Shown here piece by piece: positions 48,511-56,776 of a stretch of 64,000 bases of DNA (positions are counted from its first letter, which is position 1; each line of letters starts with the position of its first letter). Source of the stretch: Bacteroides sp. (GTDB lineage Bacteria; Bacteroidota; Bacteroidia; Bacteroidales; Muribaculaceae); NCBI GenBank assembly GCA_014801815.1, contig JAAVDM010000019.1:23223-87222 (forward strand), given 5' to 3'. The notes under the pieces were generated by a model. That model did not search any database. It saw only the letters and a program-made list of their open reading frames with translations, and had not been told where the DNA came from. Made by a program: the position numbers and the translations under genes.

Positions 48511-49916
48511 ATTATTTTTGAGGTATATTTATCGATAGCTTTATAAGTATAATCAAGGAACCTTCGGAATTTTATAGTATGAGACTCATCCTTATCCCTG
48601 TTACTGGCACGAATCATATCCAACAGATAATATGATTCGTCCTTAGCATCAAGAGAAAAATCCTGAATCCAATTTGAAAGTTTTGCAGCTCTATCTGTTA
48701 CATCTGCGATAGTTAGCGGAGCAAAACCACGCTTGTTCTCCACCAATTCTTGGTACCATTGAGAAAATCTTACTATGAAGTTTCGAAGACTGATAAATGC
48801 TTTGTCATCGTAGAAAGCAGCATCAAAACCGCGATTCTTCGATAACGGGAATTGTGACTCATTTGGTAAGAAATATACCAACCGTGAAAGTAACATCATA
48901 TCAGCGACTACCTTAACAATATCATTATAAGGATTCCCAAGAGTAGATACGGATAGAGAATCCACATCCTCTTTGATGGCACGTGAAAGAGCCTGAGTCT
49001 TCTCTGGCTTTTCAGTTTTTTTAAGGAAGTCAAATAAAGCGGTTGCTGCAACTAGTTCAACGAAATGAGCCTTATCGTCTTGCTTTTTCTCGTTGTTGGC
49101 GTATGTCGTTTTAAGTCCTTGTTCTCCGACATAATAAAAGTAGTCAGATAGAACACTGTTCTCATAGTAAGCGAGGGCTGATTTAGTTTTCGTTAAAAAA
49201 TTCGCAGCATCAATATCACTATCAGTTGTTGATGGATCCTCCAAAGAAAAGTATGGAAGAACTGATACCGCACCCATAATAGCTTCTTTTACGCTAGGAT
49301 GATCGGTTGAATTACGGACTTTCTTTTCAAGTAGAGGATAACCAGAAGCTCCCGTCCCTCCAAATATAGAACTAATGATGAAGATGCGATCTCCTTCCTG
49401 GAAAGCATTACAGAAAGCTTGGAACCAATCCGCTCCTTTTATCATCTCTCCTAATACTACAGTTCCGACATTTGGACTACCCTTAAAACCAACGGAAAGG
49501 TCATTGTCAAGATTTGCTTGTGAGAATAATGTCTGAACAAGGAAGTTATTAACATCCTCAGAACTCAGATTTCCAACATTGAGATATTGTCCGAATGAAC
49601 GTTTTTCAGCTATAGGCTCAGAGATATCATTTTGCTGGCCATTAAGCTTAGCTAAATCAGTCACCTCCGTTCCGAAGAACCCGTCTATGGGATTAAGTCT
49701 TTTACCGTCACTTAAAATTATGTTATTATGAATAGTTTCATATTCTTCAAGCAACGTTTGGAGATTTCGCTTTTCTTCCAGATCCATATGAGGATCGATC
49801 AAAACCGGCACAACTGTAAAGCCTTTAGCATCCATACCTGCTGACAAAAGCATTGTTATTGATTTCATAACACGGAGTCCGGTACCTCCTATACAAAATA
49901 CAAATACCCTTTTCAT
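48507..49916 (-). CDS. Divergent tubulin/FtsZ-superfamily GTPase (Tubulin_2-like)
   Basis: VFCIGGTGLRV, GFKGSPNVG, SSIFGGTGASG signature, VSVLPYF. Confidence 0.85.
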   Translation of the reverse strand: MKRVFVFCIGGTGLRVMKSITMLLSAGMDAKGFTVVPVLIDPHMDLEEKRNLQTLLEEYETIHNNIILSDGKRLNPIDGFFGTEVTDLAKLNGQQNDISEPIAEKRSFGQYLNVGNLSSEDVNNFLVQTLFSQANLDNDLSVGFKGSPNVGTVVLGEMIKGADWFQAFCNAFQEGDRIFIISSIFGGTGASGYPLLEKKVRNSTDHPSVKEAIMGAVSVLPYFSLEDPSTTDSDIDAANFLTKTKSALAYYENSVLSDYFYYVGEQGLKTTYANNEKKQDDKAHFVELVAATALFDFLKKTEKPEKTQALSRAIKEDVDSLSVSTLGNPYNDIVKVVADMMLLSRLVYFLPNESQFPLSKNRGFDAAFYDDKAFISLRNFIVRFSQWYQELVENKRGFAPLTIADVTDRAAKLSNWIQDFSLDAKDESYYLLDMIRASNRDKDESHTIKFRRFLDYTYKAIDKYTSKIM

Positions 49917-49918
49917 AG

Positions 49919-50362
49919 TCAGAATTTAAGGAACTTATATGCGTTAGTACGGAAAAAATTACACCATACAACAGAGGTTATGAAATACATAAATAGAGCA
50001 TAGAGAGCATTATTGATTGCACATAACCAATATAAAAATGTAAGGCCACTTGTTATACGTGTCTGAATACCTACATATTCAATTATTGCTGTAACAATTA
50101 ATGCAACAACAGTAGTAATGCCTGCCCATATAGCCCAGTGGCTAATCTTATAGTGCCTTCCTGGTAGTTCATTATATCCAGTATAATAGAACGCTGCTAA
50201 ACCGAGTCCGAGAACAACAGCTACTATAAGGAGTATTAGTGAAAGCCCATCGAGTTGTCGCCATACCTGATCCGCCTGTACCTTTAACTCATCGTTGTGT
50301 GCAAATCCTTGTAAAAATTTGCCCTTAGACGGAAGTAAAAAGAAAAACTTTATTAGACTCAT
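49919..50362 (-). CDS. Small integral membrane protein (about 3 TM helices)
   Basis: Three long hydrophobic segments; 2-bp gap to the next gene. Confidence 0.8.
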   Translation of the reverse strand: MSLIKFFFLLPSKGKFLQGFAHNDELKVQADQVWRQLDGLSLILLIVAVVLGLGLAAFYYTGYNELPGRHYKISHWAIWAGITTVVALIVTAIIEYVGIQTRITSGLTFLYWLCAINNALYALFMYFITSVVWCNFFRTNAYKFLKF

Positions 50363-50381
50363 ATGGAGTTGTGTTTACTTA

Positions 50382-51665
50382 TTAAAATGATGATACAAGG
50401 ATACGTACCGGTTCTTTATCTGAAATGTTTAATCTGGCATTAAACACACCTTCCAGAAACTTGTTGAATGAAAATAAACCTGAAAGATCATTCTCATCTG
50501 TTGCTGTTATCATATTGTTAAAATCCACAAAGTAGCGACTATCAATCGGTTGATTCGAGAAATTCCATTCAATGACTTCATCATCCATTGCTACATTGTA
50601 CAATTTAATTAGATAATCTGCATATGAACGACGTTCGAAATTACGCTGATATGCGTGATCATCAACCAAATGCTCTGGACCCGTTAGAAGTTCCACATCA
50701 ACTGACGATCCATATACTGCTTTAGCAGTTAATGCATCCTTAATAATTTCGGAATCAACTGCTGTCCACGGAAAACCATTCATATTAATACGAACAATAA
50801 AGGAACACGTATCTGAAACAGTTCTGTCAAAAGTAGTAATCAAATTCTTAGGATATAAAGTACTTAAAAGACCATTCTTTACCTCTTTTATCTCATATGA
50901 TGGCGTATGGTATACCATCGCCATATCCCCTGACTCTATGTAAGATTCAGTCGCCTCACACCATCTAGCAATATCATTTCGCATAGCTGCTACATTCTCT
51001 GAATTACCAATTATCAAGAATATATATGGTGATTTTTTTTCGGCTACACTACCATTTTTATTTAGATACTCTGATGTAGCGCAAACGAAAGCCATGGAAA
51101 TATTCGGATTATAGCCTATTATATTACGAATTTGCTCTTGATATTGGAGAAGTTCGGTTGCAGCTGAGGCTCCCGTTGGGCTATATTTCATATCTGAAAC
51201 TAAAATCGCCACCTCATTTTTAGTTGTATCAAGATTTTGGATTATATTCTGCAACATCGCAGGAATATGAGTGGATGAATTAGACACGAACTGACCCGCA
51301 TTCATTTTTTTCCGGAAATCGCCAAGGACTACGGGCGTATCTATGTCTCCTCCATTAGACATCGGATAAACCTTTCCATCAGTCTTTGAAGCCATACCAG
51401 AGAATACAGACCAGACAGTCTTTTTGAAGTTTGTAGGCTTGTTGGCTCTAAAAAAACCATTCATACTCCCTGAGGTCTCGATATACAACTTTATGGCTTC
51501 AGGATGACGAGGAGTAAATAACATAACAGCAGAGTCAAAGGGTGCACCATCAGCATCGAAATGAGAATCCTGTATAGAGTTCACATCTCGTCCGCAACTC
51601 ACCAGCAAATATCCACTGATAAGTACAAGTGATACCATCATTATAAATAATAGCGCCTTTCTCAT
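50382..51665 (-). CDS. Lipoprotein with vWA-like (MIDAS-like) domain
   Basis: Lipobox LVSC; LYIETSGSM (DxSxS-like), STHI, ILVSDM. Confidence 0.65.
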   Translation of the reverse strand: MRKALLFIMMVSLVLISGYLLVSCGRDVNSIQDSHFDADGAPFDSAVMLFTPRHPEAIKLYIETSGSMNGFFRANKPTNFKKTVWSVFSGMASKTDGKVYPMSNGGDIDTPVVLGDFRKKMNAGQFVSNSSTHIPAMLQNIIQNLDTTKNEVAILVSDMKYSPTGASAATELLQYQEQIRNIIGYNPNISMAFVCATSEYLNKNGSVAEKKSPYIFLIIGNSENVAAMRNDIARWCEATESYIESGDMAMVYHTPSYEIKEVKNGLLSTLYPKNLITTFDRTVSDTCSFIVRINMNGFPWTAVDSEIIKDALTAKAVYGSSVDVELLTGPEHLVDDHAYQRNFERRSYADYLIKLYNVAMDDEVIEWNFSNQPIDSRYFVDFNNMITATDENDLSGLFSFNKFLEGVFNARLNISDKEPVRILVSSF

Positions 51666-51706
51666 TTTTTAATTTTTGCCGTCCTTACGTAAGTTCATAA
51701 TAAAGT

Positions 51707-51714
51707 GCAAAGTT
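51707..51714 (-). promoter_or_regulatory. Promoter -7 element of the island operon
   Basis: TAACTTTG on the minus strand about 42 nt upstream of the ATG at 51665. Confidence 0.65.
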
Positions 51715-51772
51715 ACAAAAAAGTTTAATGATTATATGTTTTATGCTAAGTGTAATAGTTCGTTGTACTCTC

Positions 51773-51788
51773 TTTTAAGAGCTACTTA
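51773..51788 (+). repeat. MITE-like family A end at the right edge of the AT-rich island
   Basis: TTTTAAGAGCTACTTA. Confidence 0.65.
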
Positions 51789-51882
51789 ATATTTAATATG
51801 CAGCAGGAGGCATGTGAAACAGATTTTAAAACTAAACTATGGAGGTCGGCAACAATCTAAACTATAACCTAAATCTAAGTTT

Positions 51883-53589
51883 ATGCCTCTTCTTACATTA
51901 CCTCCCCGGGTTAGCGGTGGCGCTGCGCCTGTGTTGCCCGAATCACGTCAGATAACACTGGTAGGTGCGGCGGGAGCCGGAAAAAGTCGTTTTATGCAAC
52001 GCATGATTACCGATTGCGGAGAGAAAGCATATCGTCTGTCGGCTCTCGATGCTTTTTACGGACATACCGGTTATGATAAAGTGCAGGACGCCGCAACCTC
52101 CGGGTCAGTTGCCGAACAGTACAGACGTATGGCAGCCGAAAGGCCGTATCTACGTGATGATGCCTCGACTGACCTTGACCGACTTGTATGCCTGCTGCTT
52201 ACTGATGAATTTGAACACCTGCTTGATCTCAAATTACGCCTGAGCCGAGGAGAAACACCTCCTGCCGATTCGGTTCCGACACGTTTTGACACACTACGCA
52301 GTCTTTGGGAACGTATCTTTCCTTCAAACCGTATAGTGCGATCAGCCGGGTCGCTGATGTTCGAGACCTCAGCCGGTACTGATCTTATAGACACCCGGCG
52401 CCTGAGTCGTGGTGAGCGTACAGTACTCTATCATATAGCAGCGGTGCTTTATGCTCCTAAAAATTCGGTTGTGTTTGTTGAGGAACCAACTCTGTTTGTA
52501 CACCCCGCCATACTCAATAATCTGTGGACATCTCTTGAACGTCTGCGCCGTGACTGTCGCTTCATCTATGATTCGGTAGATGTGGATTTTGTCAATTCAC
52601 GCACGGCTAATGTCATAATATGGGTTAAAAGTTACGATGCTTCGGCTCATGCCTGGGATTACGAGATGCTGCCGGCCACACGCCTTACCGAAGATCTGTT
52701 TATAGACCTTATAGGTACACGTAAGCCTGTGCTGTTTATCGAAGGCGATGCCGAGCGCAGTATCGATGCCCGTCTTTATTCACTGGTATTTTCCGACTAT
52801 ACGGTGCGTCCGTTAGGTTCGTGTGACAAGGTAATCGAAGCAACACGCACTTTTGGCTCGCTTCGACCGATGCATCATCTTGACAGTCACGGTATTGTAG
52901 ACCGTGACCGGCGTACTGACGCCGAAGTGGGCTATCTGCGGCGCAAGGGTATAGATGTGCCCGAAGTAGCCGAAGTGGAGAACATATTTCTCACTGAGGG
53001 TGTGATAAAAGTAATGGCCGAAATGCGTGGTTTTAAGCCTGAGAGAGTATTGTCAAGAGTACGTCGCTCCGTGTTTAATAATTTCAGAAAAAATATAGAG
53101 GAACAGGCCCTCCAGCATGTTCGTTACCGTGTCAAGCGTGAGGCTGAATGTAAGATAGATGCTCGTTTCAGCTGTATTACAGCTATGGAGCTGCATCTGT
53201 CTCGGTTGGTTGAACGTCTGCAGCCGCGAGCCGCTTATGACCGTCTTGTGAAGGAGTTCAGGGCTATGGTCGATAATGGTGATTATGCCGGAGTCCTGAA
53301 AGTGTTTAATCATAAGCCTATGCTCGGCAATAGCGGTGTGGCCACACTCTTGGGCTATAAGCACCGTGATGATTATATCAGCGGTGTTCTTGACACACTG
53401 CGCGGACATGATCACTGGAGCGGTAGTCTGGCGGCGGCTATACGTTCCTGCTTCACATTGTCTGCTCCTGATAATGCAGAAAAGATAAATAACAGCAAGC
53501 AGAGGCCCGATAATAAGCAAAAGACAGCCCATAATAGCAGAAAGACGGCTGAAACCTCAGATAAGTCACAACACAAAGGCTCCAAATAG
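51883..53589 (+). CDS. ABC-type ATPase fused to a TOPRIM-like (DUF4435) domain
   Basis: GAAGAGKS (Walker A), LSRGER (ABC signature), VFVEEPTLFVHP (Walker B), VLFIEG and GIVDRD (TOPRIM E and DxD), EVENIFL. Confidence 0.82.
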   Translation: MPLLTLPPRVSGGAAPVLPESRQITLVGAAGAGKSRFMQRMITDCGEKAYRLSALDAFYGHTGYDKVQDAATSGSVAEQYRRMAAERPYLRDDASTDLDRLVCLLLTDEFEHLLDLKLRLSRGETPPADSVPTRFDTLRSLWERIFPSNRIVRSAGSLMFETSAGTDLIDTRRLSRGERTVLYHIAAVLYAPKNSVVFVEEPTLFVHPAILNNLWTSLERLRRDCRFIYDSVDVDFVNSRTANVIIWVKSYDASAHAWDYEMLPATRLTEDLFIDLIGTRKPVLFIEGDAERSIDARLYSLVFSDYTVRPLGSCDKVIEATRTFGSLRPMHHLDSHGIVDRDRRTDAEVGYLRRKGIDVPEVAEVENIFLTEGVIKVMAEMRGFKPERVLSRVRRSVFNNFRKNIEEQALQHVRYRVKREAECKIDARFSCITAMELHLSRLVERLQPRAAYDRLVKEFRAMVDNGDYAGVLKVFNHKPMLGNSGVATLLGYKHRDDYISGVLDTLRGHDHWSGSLAAAIRSCFTLSAPDNAEKINNSKQRPDNKQKTAHNSRKTAETSDKSQHKGSK

Positions 53590-53600
53590 CGTTAATTATA

Positions 53601-53794
53601 TAAGTAGATCTTAAAAATAAACGATATATGTTTTCAGTTACAGTCTTTGAATCTTGAACAATAAAACTTGTCATTTTTGTCCGCTTCGGACTTGTCACTC
53701 AGTCGGATACTGAAGTATTCTCTTTCGTTTCGCACCCGAAGCGCCTCAAAAATAACTGCGTTTTATATGTTCATTAATTTTTAAGAGCTACTTA
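53601..53794. mobile_element. 194-bp MITE-like element (family A)
   Basis: 18-bp terminal inverted repeats TAAGTAGATCTTAAAAAT / ATTTTTAAGAGCTACTTA (17/18); internal imperfect IR (CATTTTTGTCCGCTTCGG / CCGAAGCGCCTCAAAAAT); no credible ORF. Confidence 0.7.
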
Positions 53795-53842
53795 GAAACA
53801 TAAATATAATATAATCATTACTAAAAAACACATACAGTCAAA

Positions 53843-56032
53843 ATGGGAAAGAAGAAACAATTAGCCATATTGCGTAATGATCCGTGGCTTGAGCCGTTTG
53901 CGCCGGCCATCGAGGGACGTCATCAGGATGTGCTCCGCAAAATGCACGAACTTACAGTCAATACTGACGGCTCACTCTCTGAGTTTGCCAATGCCTATAA
54001 ATATTTCGGTCTGCATCGTGAGGCTGACGGCAGTTGGACTTTCCGTGAGTTTGCCCCTAATGCCACCAATATCTGGCTGATAGGTACTTTCTCTGACTGG
54101 AAGGATATTGACCGATATCGTCTGAATAATATCGGTGACGGTGTATGGGAAATACATCTGCCGGCTGACGCTCTTCATAACGGTGACCTCTATAAGATGC
54201 TGGTGACATGGGACGGCGGTCAGGGCGAGCGTATTCCTGCGTATGCCACCCGTGTTGTGCAGGATCCCGACACCAAAATATTCTCGGCTGAGGTTTATGC
54301 ACCTGAACACCCGTATGAGTTTAAAGTAAAGAAATTCATTCCCGACACGAAGCCCTTGCTTATCTATGAATGTCATATTGGTATGGCACAGCAGAAGGAG
54401 GGCGTCGGCACGTATCGTGAGTTTATGGAGCTGACTCTGCCGCGTATAGTCAAAGACGGTTATAACGCCATACAGATTATGGCCATACAGGAACACCCGT
54501 ATTACGGTTCGTTCGGCTATCATGTCAGCAGTTTCTATGCAGCTTCTTCACGTTTCGGTACTCCCGATGATTTGAAAGAACTGATTGACCGTGCTCACGA
54601 AATGGGTATAGCCGTTATCATGGATATTGTCCACTCACACGCTGTCAAGAATGAGGTGGAAGGTCTCGGACGTCTTGACGGTTCGTATGACCTGTATTTC
54701 TACGGTGACAGCCGTCGCGAACACCCGGCATGGGATTCACTTCTGTTTGACTACGGCAAAAATTCCGTACTTCATTTCCTGCTGTCAAACTGCAAGTTCT
54801 GGCTTGAGGAATACCATTTTGACGGTTTCCGTTTCGACGGTGTGACTTCGATGCTTTATTATGATCATGGTCTTGGCAAGGTCTTCGGCAGTTATGACGA
54901 TTATTATGACGGTGGTCAGGATACCAACGCACTGACTTATCTTTCTCTGGCTAACATACTGATACATGATGTAAATCCACGTGCCGTCACTATTGCCGAG
55001 GAGATGAGCGGTATGCCCGGTCTGGCCATGAAGTTTGATGACGGCGGTATCGGTTTCGATTACCGTATGGCAATGGGTGTTCCCGATTACTGGATAAAAA
55101 TGATTAAGGAGAAGCGTGACGAGGACTGGCACCCGACTTCGATATTCTGGGAGCTTACCAACCGTCGTGCCGATGAGAAGACAATATCTTACTGCGAGAG
55201 TCACGATCAGGCTCTTGTAGGTGACAAGACACTTATATTCCGCCTTATAGATAAGGAAATGTACTGGCACATGATGGTGGACGATGATAATTACACCGTT
55301 GCCAGAGGCATGGCTCTGCATAAGATGATACGCCTTGTCACTATCGCTACTATCAACGGTGGTTATCTCGACTTCATGGGTAATGAGTTCGGTCATCCGG
55401 AATGGATTGATTTCCCGCGTGAGGGTAACGGATGGAGCTACAAGTATGCACGCCGCCAGTGGGATCTTGTTGATCGTGAAGATCTGAAATACAAATATCT
55501 CAATGCCTTCGATAACGCGATGGTGGAACTTGTGTCCGGGGTTTATGATTTCCAGGCTCTGCCGGTAGACAAACTGTGGGAGAAAGACGATGACCAAGTG
55601 CTGGCTTTCCGTCGTGGTGATCTTGTGTTCGTATTCAACTGGAATCCTGTCAGATCATTCTCTGATTACGGTTTCCTCGCTCCTGCAGGAGAGTATGAGG
55701 TGGTAATGGACAGCGATGCCCGTTGCTTCGGAGGCTTCGGTAATGTCGAAGACCGTATGCATCATCTCACACAGGACGATCCACTTTATTCTCCTTCAGG
55801 AAAGGGTTGGCTGAAACTATATATTCCGGCTCGTTCGGCTCAGGTTCTGCGTATGGTAAAGGCAAAACCGAGCCGTAAGACAGCTGTGAAGAAAGAGGAA
55901 AAGGGTTCAGAGACTGCTCCGGAAGCTGCTGTAAAGACGACAAACTCCGAAACTAAAAAGATGGCTGTTAAAAAAGATGCTGCTGCTAAACCTGCGGCCA
56001 AGAAACCCGGTCGAAAGAAGAAGGCGGAGTAA
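53843..56032 (+). CDS. glgB: 1,4-alpha-glucan branching enzyme (GH13)
   Basis: IYECHIGM, YGSFGYHV, DIVHSH, FDGFRFDGVTSM, IAEEMSG, ESHDQ, FMGNEFGHPEW; Lys/Ala-rich tail. Confidence 0.95.
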   Translation: MGKKKQLAILRNDPWLEPFAPAIEGRHQDVLRKMHELTVNTDGSLSEFANAYKYFGLHREADGSWTFREFAPNATNIWLIGTFSDWKDIDRYRLNNIGDGVWEIHLPADALHNGDLYKMLVTWDGGQGERIPAYATRVVQDPDTKIFSAEVYAPEHPYEFKVKKFIPDTKPLLIYECHIGMAQQKEGVGTYREFMELTLPRIVKDGYNAIQIMAIQEHPYYGSFGYHVSSFYAASSRFGTPDDLKELIDRAHEMGIAVIMDIVHSHAVKNEVEGLGRLDGSYDLYFYGDSRREHPAWDSLLFDYGKNSVLHFLLSNCKFWLEEYHFDGFRFDGVTSMLYYDHGLGKVFGSYDDYYDGGQDTNALTYLSLANILIHDVNPRAVTIAEEMSGMPGLAMKFDDGGIGFDYRMAMGVPDYWIKMIKEKRDEDWHPTSIFWELTNRRADEKTISYCESHDQALVGDKTLIFRLIDKEMYWHMMVDDDNYTVARGMALHKMIRLVTIATINGGYLDFMGNEFGHPEWIDFPREGNGWSYKYARRQWDLVDREDLKYKYLNAFDNAMVELVSGVYDFQALPVDKLWEKDDDQVLAFRRGDLVFVFNWNPVRSFSDYGFLAPAGEYEVVMDSDARCFGGFGNVEDRMHHLTQDDPLYSPSGKGWLKLYIPARSAQVLRMVKAKPSRKTAVKKEEKGSETAPEAAVKTTNSETKKMAVKKDAAAKPAAKKPGRKKKAE

Positions 56033-56053
56033 GATAATAACTGCCCAACCGAA

Positions 56054-56776
56054 ATGGAAAATAAAAACAGACAGACAGATAAAAAAATAATTATAGCTAT
56101 TGACGGCTATTCGTCGTCGGGCAAAAGTACTATGGCCCGTGAACTGGCTCGTCGTGTAGGTTATGTGTATGTCGACAGCGGTGCCATGTACCGTGCTGTT
56201 ACCCTTTATGCACTGCGTCATGGCTTTGTAGGTCGTGACAAACCGCTCAACCGTGAGGCGCTTGTGGCTGCGCTGCCCGACATACATGTAAGTTTTGCCG
56301 CCGGTTGCGGTGCTGACGGCGTTCAGCATACACTTCTCAATGGTGAAGATGTGGAGAATGTCATACGTGATCTTGAAGTCAGTTCGTATGTAAGTCCTGT
56401 GGCTGAGATAGCCGAGGTGCGTCGGGCACTGGTGCGACTGCAGCAGGAGATGGGCCGTGACAAGGGTATTGTCATGGATGGCCGAGACATCGGTACTGCG
56501 GTGTTCCCGCAGGCTGAGATGAAAGTATTTGTCGATGCTTCGGCCTCCGAACGTGCCACACGCCGTCTGCGCGAGCTTGAGGCGAAAGGAGAGAAGGTCA
56601 GCTATGAGGAGGTACTGCATAATATAGAGGAGCGTGACCGTATTGATACCACACGCGAGCAATCTCCGCTGCGTAAGGCCGATGATGCCTACGTGCTTGA
56701 CAACAGCAATCTCACACGCGAGGAGCAGATGGAGTGGCTTATCGATCTGTTTGACCGCCTAACCGGTGTATCATGA
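56054..56776 (+). CDS. cmk: Cytidylate kinase
   Basis: IAIDGYSSSGKST, DSGAMYR, MDGRDIGT, ERDRID. Confidence 0.96.
   Translation: MENKNRQTDKKIIIAIDGYSSSGKSTMARELARRVGYVYVDSGAMYRAVTLYALRHGFVGRDKPLNREALVAALPDIHVSFAAGCGADGVQHTLLNGEDVENVIRDLEVSSYVSPVAEIAEVRRALVRLQQEMGRDKGIVMDGRDIGTAVFPQAEMKVFVDASASERATRRLRELEAKGEKVSYEEVLHNIEERDRIDTTREQSPLRKADDAYVLDNSNLTREEQMEWLIDLFDRLTGVS

Noticed and set aside
48507-49916. Calling the GTPase ftsZ and the ATPase ftsA/dnaK
   Set aside because: Motifs are divergent, sizes differ and there is no dcw or chaperone context; only superfamily membership is supported.
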